From Lytechinus pictus (taxonomy: Eukaryota), in assembly GCF_037042905.1 (NCBI RefSeq), contig NW_026974140.1, positions 3,782,001 through 3,846,000 on the forward strand: a stretch of 64,000 bases of DNA, written 5' to 3'. Positions 39,001-50,920 of the stretch are shown here, piece by piece (position 1 is the stretch's first letter; each line of letters begins with the position of its first letter). Below the pieces are notes generated by a model. It saw only the letters and a program-made list of their open reading frames with translations. It did not search any database and was not told the origin of the DNA. Made by a program: the position numbers and the translations under genes.

Positions 39001-41170
39001 TGTGAAATTAAAGGGATGGTCCGGGCTGAAAATATTTATATCTTAATACATAGAGTAGAATTCACTGAGCAAAATGCCGAAAATTTCATCAAAATCGGAT
39101 AACAAATAATAAAGTTATTGAAGTTTAAGTTTAGCAATATTTTGTGAAAACAGTCGTCATGAATATTCATTAGGTGGGCTGATGATGTCACATCTCCACT
39201 TTCCGTTTTCTTATGTTACTACATAAAATCATATTTTTTCATTATTTCATACTTGTGTGAATAATATGTCTCCCTTATGATGAAATAACTTGCAGGAATA
39301 AATATTTGATACACTAAATCAGTTGTCAATTCAATTTTTCTAGTTCTTGGAGGAAAAAATTTGAATAAACCTAATTTCATATAATAAAATACAAAAGAAC
39401 AAGTGGAGATGTGACATCATCAGCCCACCTAATGAATATTCATGACGACTGTTTTCACAAAATATTGCTCAACTTTAAAATTCAATAACTTTGTTATTTG
39501 TTATCCGATTTTGATGAATTTTTTAGCATTTTGCTTAGTGACTTCTACTCTATTTATTAAGCTATAAATACTTACAACCCGGACCATCCCTTTAAATTGT
39601 CATAACTTTCTTATTTTACATCAAATTTTGATGAAATTTTCAGTGTTATGCTTGTTGGATTTTTTTTCCTTTTATTGAATTTAAGTTTTTGTTTGGGCGG
39701 ACCTGTCCTTTAAGAGGAAAATGCCTATATGGGTTTTTTCGTTATCACGGTTAGTAATTTGGAGGACGGTAAAGCTAAGAATGATACGAACTCAAGCAAA
39801 CAATCAATCTGCTCGTGAAGGCTCCTTTTTAAGTTTTTCTTGACATTATTCACAGATTTGCGTTTCAGAATCCACTTTGTTCTTATTTCTCAGGCAAATT
39901 GCTGGAGAAATCTACGTCTCTTAATAATTTCCTGAATGTTGTTGTAAATAATTAATTACAGGTATTCCAAACCACCTTCATCACCATCATTATTATTCTT
40001 TTAGTAAAACCCAATTATTGTCACTGACCCGTAAATATGAGAGCAGCAAGAAGATGACTGCCATCCGTTGCAAAGGAGGCGAGGGTTATAGATAGAGTTG
40101 CTATTAAGGTGCCTATCACCATCACCCAACGGCTCTGTGTCCATCTGTATAACGCACTTGTCAATGGACCTGTACAGTATATTCATAAAACCATTGATTA
40201 AATTATTATACTATAGAAAATATACACACTTTATTTTTTATCATGCAATATTTATTTTTTTAATGTTTAACCAGTTGCAGAATAGCAGAAAGAGAGATGG
40301 TTTCAAAGGGGAAAGATGACCGCCAAAGACGAGTGAGCATTTCTGATTGGTTGAAAGTCCGTTCAGTTTCGTTTTATTTTCGGAGTTGCTTTCGATTACC
40401 ATTCTTTGTGTTGCTGGTTCCTAATCCATGTAATCTGAAGTTCAGTAAATTGTAGTATATAAAGTGCATGTATTATTTTCTACGATACACAAATTTCAAT
40501 TGTGATTACAATAATGGACCCCTAATCTGAGCTAGTTACAATATAGTTTCAAGAACTTCAAGAGATGGTCTGAATTTATGATTAAGCTTTAAAGGTAATT
40601 AATCATAATAATTATTTATTTGCGAATATGTTAGTAACTTATTGCATATTTGAAATCGATCGACAAACTGACAGGCCTAATAATTTAATTACGAAATAAA
40701 ACATCTATTGCGGACTTTTGTAATACATCCCGCTGTATCTTATACTTTTATCCAAGCAAACTGAAAAATGTCATGTCACATAATACGGGCTCAATTAGCT
40801 CAAAAAACATGACATGACCCAATGATCTATTCAAACGATTTAAGATTTTGCGATACAAGCAAAATCTTTCTCGTCCACCGCCCTATCTACTTTTGCATTC
40901 CATTGCCCTCCTACTTTCTGAATTCTTGTTCCCCCACCTAAATCTTATCCTTGCATAGTTTAAGTCAAGTCACTCACCCAAACCAAATGTAAGTCCATGG
41001 CAGAGTCCAAATGCCAGCCCAACCTTTCCCGACGAGGCATTAAGATGCGTCACGACATCGGGCAGGAGAACGCCAAAGCTCTTCACCGTCCCGACCTCGA
41101 TGAAACCGCTGATGAACCGGCCGACGACCACGATCCAACCATACTTGCATTCTCTAAAAAGTGATCCCAT
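36012..41170 (-). CDS. Monocarboxylate transporter family (SLC16/MCT) MFS protein, 600 aa; exons 41170-40978, 40169-40029, 37968-36634, 36145-36012
   Basis: N-terminal YGWIVV...KSFGVL; GPLTSALYRWTQSRWVMVIG; GLGYSL..LPT...HF..RFALAYG; TYGWKGAL; ~200-aa central loop; FLVPHA..GI; NLIGR; GEPIGGYLAGKLSD..SY. All introns GT-AG, phase 1; total 1803 nt. Confidence 0.92.
38405..38669. mobile_element. Nested TTAA-flanked element 1
   Basis: TTAA 38401-38404 and 38670-38673; host resumes in register; weak TIRs agggggagtgaac / gttcgtatctgct. Confidence 0.55.
39012..39591. mobile_element. Nested TTAA-flanked MITE 2 with ~190-bp inverted arms
   Basis: TIRs agggatggtccggg / cccggaccatccct, TTAA on both sides; arms nearly complementary. 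Confidence 0.85.
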
Positions 41171-41467
41171 AATCTATCTTCTCGAAACTCTCTCACTGGA
41201 GTGAATATGCTGATGATTTTCACAAACGAGAGGTCAGAAGCAACTTTTTATAACGCGTTTATTTTCCTTTGTATTTTTTTTAAAGAAAATATTACTTATT
41301 TCCTCTCAAGAAGACTTATGGTGTTTATGTTATAGTTCGGTTGATCGTTGTATCTGAAAATGAAAATATGGATACAGAAATTCATGAAGGTAGTTCGGTG
41401 TGATAAAAGTGTGCGATTAAAATAAATATAACTCTGCTAAATGACATGCCCAAAACTATCATATATT

Positions 41468-41660
41468 TCAAACATTATCAGCAAAAAATTTGAAATTTCT
41501 TTTCTTTTCCCGGTAAATGTCACCAAGGGGTTGAATATGAATTGAAAAATAAGGGTCCGAGAGCGAACCCCTGAGGAACGCTATATTCTTATCGGACCTT
41601 TCTCTCCCAATACAGGGGCTAACATATCGGTCAGTAAGGTACGACCGAACCAACTACTAT
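41468..41660 (-). mobile_element. Degenerate L2/CR1-clade LINE reverse-transcriptase fragment
   Basis: RSYLTDR ... (frameshift) VPQG ... FSIHIQPLGDI ... FKFFADN matches the CR1/L2 RT pattern WFxSYLxxR..GVPQGSxLGP..YADD. Confidence 0.75.
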
Positions 41661-44600
41661 GTAGTACCAGACATGTGGCAGAGGCAGAAATGTTGAACCA
41701 TAAAGTTTCAGTTTCTAAAAAGAAGCCCTTTTAATATTACTTTGTATTATGTTTGAATGGAAATAAAATAATGAATTGAATTGACTTGAATTTAATTCAA
41801 TTGAAATGAATTGAAACACATTTAATTAGCAAGATTTTAAATGTGAATATCTTTTGCCACAGTTTCACCCTTGTTCTGAATTTCTGAAATGTATAGAAGT
41901 AACTCCACAATTTATTTTTTCCCCGGATATGACGTTTTCTTGGTCCATACCTATAATTCTGGATGTGAATTTAATTGGACGAGCTGGTTATGATATACAA
42001 AGGTAACAGTAACTATATTATACAACATGATATAGTACCCGTTCATTAGATTTTACAACCCACCCCCCGCCCCTCAAACAAATAATGCTTTATTTTTCTT
42101 GGTCAGTCAAGACCAGGACTACTGATGGAATATTTGCTTAACACAGCGTGCCCTTCGCAGTAAACTAAACCGACGGACATAATCAATGGAGATATAATTA
42201 CAAATAGAGCGGTGATATAAAAAGCGTTTTCTTTCAACTAGATTAGTTTCTCGGACAAAATGAATTATCTTTTATAAAGGAAATTCATTTTGCACCTAGG
42301 TACAATACAATAGTTCATTTTTTTAAAGAAAAATCGACTTTGTACAATGTATGTATTGTAAGTTATAACATAAACCTATCCGTTACTTAACAACATAATT
42401 TGATTTGAACACAAAAGATATTCAACCATACTTTAAATGCTATAAGACTTCTGATAATAGAAACACAACATATTTATTTATGGTTTCAGCTGGTTAATGC
42501 CTCCCTGCACCCGATTTCGATGAAAACCAAGCCATCTTCTAAACTTATGAAGGTATATTCAAAATGTCACTTCAAAGAAAGGATAAGGCTCCAGAGAGCA
42601 ATTCACAAATTCTATGATCACTGAGATGGAAAAATCCGATTCACGGATAATTGAAGATGTAGGGAAACGAAGAGCAGCCGTGCAGATGATCGACAAGCAG
42701 TGATCATGGTATTATAGGCAATGACAGGGAAGGTCGATATTACTATTGTCATGATCATTATATTATGAATGATGTTCTGAATATCATTTTATATGAAGAT
42801 TTATTGTACAATATTGGCATATTATGAATAATAAAAAATGCATGTTTTGGGCATCTTGTTTATTTTCAGTTGCGTAATTATGCTATGTGATTATTTTTTT
42901 TTATTTTCTGTAGAAAATGTATTTGAATTTGAATATGAATGAAAAGTTAAATTTGAAATAATCATCTGGCTTTGTGGTTTTGTATGTTAAATTATGTAAG
43001 AATTTGACGAATATAAGCCCTATTAAAAATTAAAAATCACTGCTGTAGATTCGAGCAGCGAACCTTTTGTTCAGAGGATGGCTTAGTTTGTCATCCCCTC
43101 CCCCTTGATATAGCGTAACGTCACGTTTGTTCCCCTGTGGTCATTAAAATGGCAGGCTTGTAAACTTAAGATAAGAATAGTTATCGTTGTTGTTGATGAT
43201 GATGATGATGACGATGATGAAGATGATGATAATTATGATTTTTATTGGATTATTCTGCTACGTAAATATAGTTGGTGAAAAACATAAATCTATATTGGTT
43301 TAAGATAATTATATAACAAACCAGAATATGGTGATTATGACATGTATGAGGGTTTTTTAATGATTCATTGACCATGTATACAAGTCATTTCAAATATTAT
43401 TATTTGAACAATTCCAATACCAAGGAGGAGTTCCATCACAAGTAAATTGCTTTTTTTTAATATAACAACCTTATGAGAACTCGTGGAATTTAAGAATTCA
43501 TTTATAGATCAGAATTCTGTAAAAATAAAAACTCATTTAAATACATTTGATAATTTGATAATGAAGATGACAGAAGCAGTGATGAAGATTTAGGCGATGA
43601 GAATGGTCGTGATGCTGATTATGAAAATGTTGACGATCATGATTAGATCTCATGGAGAATGATTTTAGGTACCAGAGCATTGACACTGACATAATGGCAA
43701 ATATTCGGGTAAGATCAAACAAGTGAAGGAGAACACCTTTTGATAGGCATAATGGTCTTCTGAATTGAGACATTGTGTAAAAGGTGAATTACAATATTAA
43801 TGAAACAATATCAATACTTTTATTTAATACAATTGTCAGTTTCATCCCCTCCCCATTGATGTTTATTTTGATAGTCGATTGCACACATTCTTTTCGTTTT
43901 CTGTTATTTTTTTCAAACTGAATCCCATCACCAATTTTAATCCCAAAGCACATTTTCAGTCTCTTTTCATGTTATATGTTCTTCCTAACCACCAGAACGG
44001 TGAGTGTTTTAGACCCCCCCCCCCCCCATTACATTTCTTTTGAAATAAACATTCATAATCATGGATTGTCCAAGGGCCTCGACGGGATACTTTAAAAGGG
44101 GGAAGACTTTTTTATCATTTGAATTAATATTCTTTTTACCCTATAGTTTTCCTCTTTCTTTCTTCATTTTTCTCCTCTTATATTTTCCCCACTCCTCTAA
44201 CTATCATAGGGGTGATGTCCCCCTCCGTCCTGGGGATTATCTTCGTGCTCATATTCAATTTTTTTAAAGATATATATTTATAATATATTAGTGTTCTGTC
44301 GGAAGTACTAATAATAATGTTTTATTTACCCAGGGTAGCCACTTCAGTTAGGAAACTGCTCTACCAGCGGGCCCTGCATAGCATAATGTTATTTATATTG
44401 GAGCCTCATGGATTATAACTTATCTGCATTGACTTATTATTATCTTTTCTATCTTCTTGATGGAAATTTATTCATTCCCTCTCACTTTAAAACAAATATA
44501 AAACGGAAAGTGATTTGGGACGAATTTCAAAGAGTTATAGTTACATTGCAAAACTTATTGTGAATTCTTCCCCGGCTTTGTTCCACCTACATTTATTTAG

Positions 44601-44943
44601 ATCTCTATCATGTGTAGGACTTTCTCTCATTGGTATTTGATTATTCATTGCAAGATGAGCTCACTATAACCATAAATGAATATAACTGAAAAAGAAAAAA
44701 AATATTATCCATTGCTAAAAAATACATACAAATTTTTTTTTCAAAAAGTTGGTAATTTTTTAAGATCTGCTCTGAGAGCGTTTCAAAACAAAACGTTTTT
44801 GGAAGGTATAAGATATTTCAAATTTTAGTTTCTATTGTGTTGGTTTTTTGGGGGGCTATTTAGAGAGCTAAAAGTAGGCATACATGACGGAATTTTGCTT
44901 ATGATAACACGAAAGTATAACATGTAAAGAATAAAGTAAGACC

Positions 44944-45071
44944 CAGTAGCGTACCGTGACTCGGAGGAGACAAAGCATTGGGGGGGGGGCAAAGCATTGT
45001 TCACAGACAATGCACTGCCCCCCCCCCCCCCCCCCAATGCTTTGTCTCCTGCGGTTCACGGTACGCTACTG
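44944..45071. mobile_element. 128-bp palindromic hAT-like MITE
   Basis: Exact 8-bp TSD gtaagacc (44936-44943, 45072-45079); TIRs cagtagcgtaccgtga / tcacggtacgctactg. Confidence 0.9.
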
Positions 45072-46539
45072 GTAAGACCTCTTGAGACTAAACTTTTGTG
45101 AAATTTAAAACAAGTATAAAACAGATATTCGACACAATATTATTGATTATGGCCTCTCGGGACAATTTGTAAAACAGTTCGATGAAAATCAAAGAAAATA
45201 CGAACCTTTCAACACATACTCCTCTTGGCTATCACAGGCAGAAAAATATCACAAAACTGACCAGCGAGTCAATCCAATATCGGAACTTCTTAGAAATCGT
45301 TCTTGGTAATCCCAATTCTGATATCATGGATATTGTAGATCAGAAGTGGACCAAAAAGTCATTCATACATTGGCCACTCATCCAAGCCAAGATATAATCA
45401 TTGATCATCGTTTCGACTCGATCCGCTTAATATCTCATGATACGTCATTCACCATGGCAACGCACAAACCTCAGTTGTACTCCTTCGATTTAGCGCAAAA
45501 GTTACAATGGGAAAATTGCAGACTGCATTATAACTTACAAGGCAGACAACTAACGATCAGTGTAACCGATCGCGATCACAGTATCGGATGAATAGAAGAT
45601 ATATGGCTGTAGAATGGTAGCACTTTTGAATAGCACTCGTTTCTCTCCTGTAAACTTTCCCTTATCTGATACATTCAATATCCCCACCAATGCCGGAAGC
45701 GGGGGCGGTGGAATGAAAGATTGAAACTGCCCCATCGCGGGTAAAATCATGTTCCCCTCTGCATATATTTATTTTTCTATCGTTCTAAAAATGTATCAAT
45801 CAGTTGTCTTATTACACCTTTGTATTGCCTACCCAAAGAGGATTGATCGATTCCTTATATTTGTCATATGATTACAATGATTCTTTTTTTTATTCAATCA
45901 GTAAAGACCATTATTTCAAATCATTATTTGATATCGGATGCACCGGGGTTTTTTTTTTCATAACAATTTATGTCTTAAGAAAACAGTGTCTTATTTGTCT
46001 AATTAAAATAAATTTGTAACATTTACATGAATTTCGCATGATTTGCTTTCACATACAGAAGATCTCTACATCAATCGGGGTACAGACTTACAATTCCATG
46101 GCCAATCTGGACAGCCTAACAGCAGTTCGTCTGGCCGATTGCAATTAAACAAATTGTACCACTAACTGGTTAACACCAGCAATAATAATATAACGGCGTG
46201 CCATCTCAATTGACCTTTTTGACACATTAATTCTTCATATCAATGCTTCTTCTTTCTACTTGCATACAAACTAAATGACCATTCTCTCTGTCGTTGTCTA
46301 TATTTCTTACCAAGTAACAAATCCAGCTCATTTCACTTACATTTAGCCAATCGAGAACACTATCCACATCATTAAAAGGAAAAAAATAAATACATCCTGG
46401 TATATCAGCCGTACGGGCCTTGCCAGAGTTATTTTCGGGACATCGGGTGTCTGAGCATTTTATTTCATTTGGGGGTTTATTGTGTAGTTTATTTTATTCT
46501 TCCTCACTTGCCCTCTGCCTCTCACTTTCATTACATTTA

Positions 46540-47040
46540 CATTCATCATCATCTTCATCATCATTACCACCACCAACACCACTGCTACTTTCACCATTAT
46601 CATGACCATTAGCATTCTTTCCATCACCTTTCTCATAATCACCTTTCTCATTTACATAACCTTTATCACCACTGACATCACTTGTCATTATGCTCATGCC
46701 CACCACATTTCCATTATCATATTTCATAACCACCATTACATCATAAATACCATCACACTTCAACATAACCACTACCATCTTTGGTACCAACATTTTTCCC
46801 ATAACCATCCACCGCCGTTATCACAATCATCAGTTCCATCACTCCCTTCATCGTCACCATCAACACTACCACAATAATCATCAACAGTTACATCACCACC
46901 TTCACTTTCTTCATCATCACCCCAATCATTACCAACATCGTCCCAATTATCACAATCACCATCACAATCATTTCCACCAGTCTTTTCCATCACCAACTTC
47001 ACCACTCTCATCATCACTCCCAACATCCTCGTCATCACAT
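46540..47040. repeat. Degenerate (CAT/CAC)n low-complexity array
   Basis: cat/cac/caa trinucleotide-rich tract. Confidence 0.85.
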
Positions 47041-47090
47041 TTAGGGAATATTGGATGGCCTTGAGTGGGACGAGTAGAAATATTGTACGA

Positions 47091-47562
47091 GCTGAAGAAC
47101 AATATTGGATGAGTCGGAGACGAATCCAATATTGTTCTTCAGCGAGTAACAATATTTCTACGCATCCCACGAAAATTGGTCATCCAATATTATCATTATT
47201 ATTTAGATACCCCCACAAACCTAAACATAAATTAATAAAGCAAAAAAATATGTTTTTACTCAACATTTTATGTCAATCCTGTAAATCATGAGCATGGCGG
47301 CTTGAGTATTGCCATTTTTTTAAAAAGCTGAAGAACAATATTGGATGAGTCGGAGACGAATCCAATATTGTTCTTCAGCAAGTAACAATATTTCTACGCA
47401 TCCCACGAAAATTGGTCATCCAATATTATCATTATTATTTAGATACCCCCACAAACCTAAACATAAATTAATAAAGCAAAAACATATGTTTTTACTCAGC
47501 ATTTTATGTCAATCCTGTAAATCATGAGCATGGCGGCTTGAGTATTGCCATTTTTTTAAAAA
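47091..47562. repeat. Tandem duplication, 2 x 236 bp, inside a hairpin-headed unclassified repeat (~47045-47895)
   Basis: 47091-47326 and 47327-47562 differ at only a few positions. Confidence 0.95.
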
Positions 47563-48371
47563 GAAATCTGTGTAAAGATGCGCTAGCGTATAGTGCAAGC
47601 GCATTTAAATCAAATAAATTGACGCAATCTCGCTCCTTTGCCACACCTCCTGGCAACTAATACGCAATGCAATTTCATTGTGACGTAACAATAGCTTCAT
47701 GCGCACAATAATTTATTAACCAAAGATAATCTTGTGGGCTGGGCAATATATTCATTTTGTTCAATATTTTCAATATTGGATGGTTTTCATAGGCATGCAC
47801 GTTAAAAATCACTTTAATTAAATATTTTGCCTCTTTGAAACAACCTCACAAGACGTCAAAAATATCTCCGCCTCTAAAGCCCTGCATCTAAATAATAATC
47901 ACCAATATTAGATTGTGTCATCAATACCCAACATCTCCATGTGGTCATTACCAATGCTCCAATCAAACTTAAAATTCTAATCTCTTGAAATACTTTTTAT
48001 GGCAATATCATAAAATAGTGTCAACTATGCATATGAAATATAAAATCAATTTATTGAATTAATTTGAATATGAAATGTACATATACAAATCACAAGCAAG
48101 AGTTCATGATACCCTTTATCTAAAGTTCATATCTCAATGCATCATTAGCTCTGTAAGTTGCAAGTAAATAAATCATAAAAATCTTTACCCCATGACAAAA
48201 TTCACGGCTTGTACAATTTATGCAAATGGAACAATGTGAAAAGACAAAAAAGGTCATCACTTTTGTAGCATCTTTTGTTCGATTTTGGGGGGAAAAAAAT
48301 AAGAAAAATAAAAATATCCTTTGATTAGCAATGTGACAAAAACATTAATACTGTTGTTTCATTGAAAATAA

Positions 48372-48933
48372 AGGTCAAGTCCACCCCAGAAAAATGTTGA
48401 TTTGAATAAATAGAGAAAAATCATGTAAAATAAAGTTATGACATTTTAAAGTTTCGTTTATTTTTCACAAAACATTGATATGCACAACTCGGTGACATGC
48501 AAATGAGACAGTCAATGACGTCCCTCACTCACTATTTCTTTTGTTTTTTATTGTTTGAATAATATAATATCTCATTTTTTACAGATTTGACAATAAGGAC
48601 CGACTTGTCTGAACCATATAGTATTGAACAATGCTTATTCTACATGTTCACGGGGGGAATAAATCATTGTTTCACTTGACAATCAGGAGAAAATTAAAAT
48701 ATTTCATATTTCATACAATAAAATACAAAAGAAATAGTGAGTGGATGTCATCAGTCTCCTCATTCGCATACTGATCAGGATGTACATATAACTGTTTTAT
48801 GAAATTAAGAAAAACTATAAAATGTCATAACTTTCTTATTTTACATCCAATTTTGATGAAATTTTTAGTGTTATGTTTGTTGGATTTTTATCTTGTTATT
48901 CAAATCAATTTTTTGTTGGGGTGGACTTGTCCT
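48372..48933. mobile_element. Family A TTAA MITE (copy 3)
   Basis: aggtcaagtccacccca / tggggtggacttgtcct|TTAA. Confidence 0.85.
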
Positions 48934-49366
48934 TTAAGAAAGAAAATATTGAAGAACATTATCTATTACATTGAGGGTGTAGAGATATATGAAAATTACT
49001 GCTGCTGCCAATTAGAAGAAAAAGCTATTCACAATAGCACTGAATATCCGTTTAAAATATATAGTATATCTGATTGGCCCACATTTCATTTTATCTGATT
49101 GGTACTTGGTCTATTGACTGTGCAAAGGTCTGATAACTACTTGGGTTAGTCATACTTGATATCAAAACAAAGTAGTAATCAAACCAAGTGGAAATTCGAC
49201 AATATTGTAAGTAAATGAAGTCAGAGAGAGGTCAACAACATCAGGAGTTTGACTAGCTCTTAATTTCTTTTTTACAGACCAAAAGACAGTGTAACTCTTT
49301 AGATATTTCAGCATGATGATTCATGTATGTGTTACCGTAAAAAATAACTGTAAGTGACATGATTAA

Positions 49367-50081
49367 CCCTATTTTAACTGGGCTATTTCAGACCATGTTA
49401 TACTGGGGGGGGGGGTCAATTTGACCCCCTCCCTTAGATATCGGCCACTTATTGCGCGATCGCTGCAAAAATTTGCACGAGTGTACATGTAGATCGGTAT
49501 GTAAACTACAAGACTGTATGGTAAACTTTTTTTTAAATGAATTGTTTATATATCTAATTAATTATGCAAATAAGCAGATGAAATTTGCCCTAAATTTGTT
49601 TATTTTTTGTATGTTTTTGCCTTTAACTCAATTATATAGCAATCTGGAATGCTAATTTGGGTGAGAGTATCAATTTTTACATTTCTAACAAATATCTCTC
49701 CAAAAATTGCAAAAATATAATTTATGTCTTATGTATTTTTTTGCTTTTTTAATTCTTATGCATTTTTCTTTTTTCAAAACTTTGTTTATTGCTTTTTCCG
49801 ATGAACTTTGTCGGGGACCCTTATGCGATCATAAATAGCATAAAATTAATCCATTCAAACCAACAAAAGTAAAAATAATCATACATTTATGATTTTTGGT
49901 TGAAAAACACAATTTGCATTGACTTTGTACATGGAATCACGTTTTTTTTAGCAATTTTGGGTCCGACATGCACTTACAAAATGTTGCAAAATTTGAAAGT
50001 ATAAGGTCAGCAAGCGGCGCGGTCAAAAAGTTTCGTACGACGCCCCCCACACCCCCCCCCCCCCCCTCAGTTTAATAAGGG
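49367..50081. mobile_element. piggyBac-like MITE
   Basis: TTAA|ccctattttaactg ... cagtttaataaggg; related inverted fragment at 63211-63735. Confidence 0.6.
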
Positions 50082-50920
50082 CAAATTTGCCCTGGACAAA
50101 TCATGGACAATCATAGGAGATTGGTCAAGAATCTCTACTGAGAAGGACCCAGCTTCAAGAATCACACTATGCAGTTTCACAAGTCCTTCCTTAGATATAA
50201 AGAATTGCACTTTGGAACTTATAAGGAGGTAACTTCTATGAGCATTTCATATGGAAAGGTTACGTATGACCACATCTTGCTATTTTTTACATCCAGAAAT
50301 CAAACAATGTTGTCATATTCTTGATACCATATGAGTAGATGGGCCTCATACATATTTCAATAAAACCTAGACCAATACATCATCACTAGTGAGTTAAAAC
50401 AGTGAATCTCAAAATCACTTTGTTCACATTCTTTGTTCATGAAATGAAATATCAAGTGATATCCAGTCACAGTCCAACACCTCTCTCTCAAAAATGAAGT
50501 CACTATGACATATGAAAGATGACTATTCTATTGGATAGCATCTTACGATACAGGTGTTTCTTGACCTCTTATGAACGTTTCAAATCTTGAGACATGAGGT
50601 CACTCAAGCAGCGAAATGTCTTACAATCAAACACTGCGCCATATACTTGACACTCATGAATTGGTCTCTTAAAAAGCTCACTCATGAAGCGATGCTCAGA
50701 TGGTCCATTGTAGATATCCTGGGCAGCTGAAATTAACAATACTATCCCCATTAGACATGCCTTCCATTCAACCCTTACTGTCAAACCTGATACTGGAAAG
50801 GTCAAGTTGTTTGGAAGTGAAGTTACAAAGTTGTAATGTGGAGGTGAGATATAGTAAATCTTTGAATGATATACTTTCCCATCTCAAGTGTCCTTTCACC
50901 ACACCTTATTTTTATCATTA

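Larger units (their letters stand above)
38288..39709. mobile_element. Family A TTAA MITE (copy 2) carrying two nested TTAA elements, in SLC16 intron
   Basis: TTAA-flanked family A ends; host sequence interrupted at 38405-38669 and 39012-39591. Confidence 0.8.

Noticed and set aside
9292-41170. GS-like + NLR + transporter as an operon-like functional system
   Set aside because: Genes are 8-13 kb apart with separate exon structures and mixed orientation; nothing in the sequence links them. Conserved synteny and co-expression would be needed.
43560-43790. Short acidic coding-like stretch (EDDRSSDEDLGDENG...)
   Set aside because: Stop after ~27 codons, no splice context, no recognisable family.
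46420-47170. His-rich and Asp/Gly-rich ORFs
   Set aside because: Products of a degenerate CAT/CAC array.
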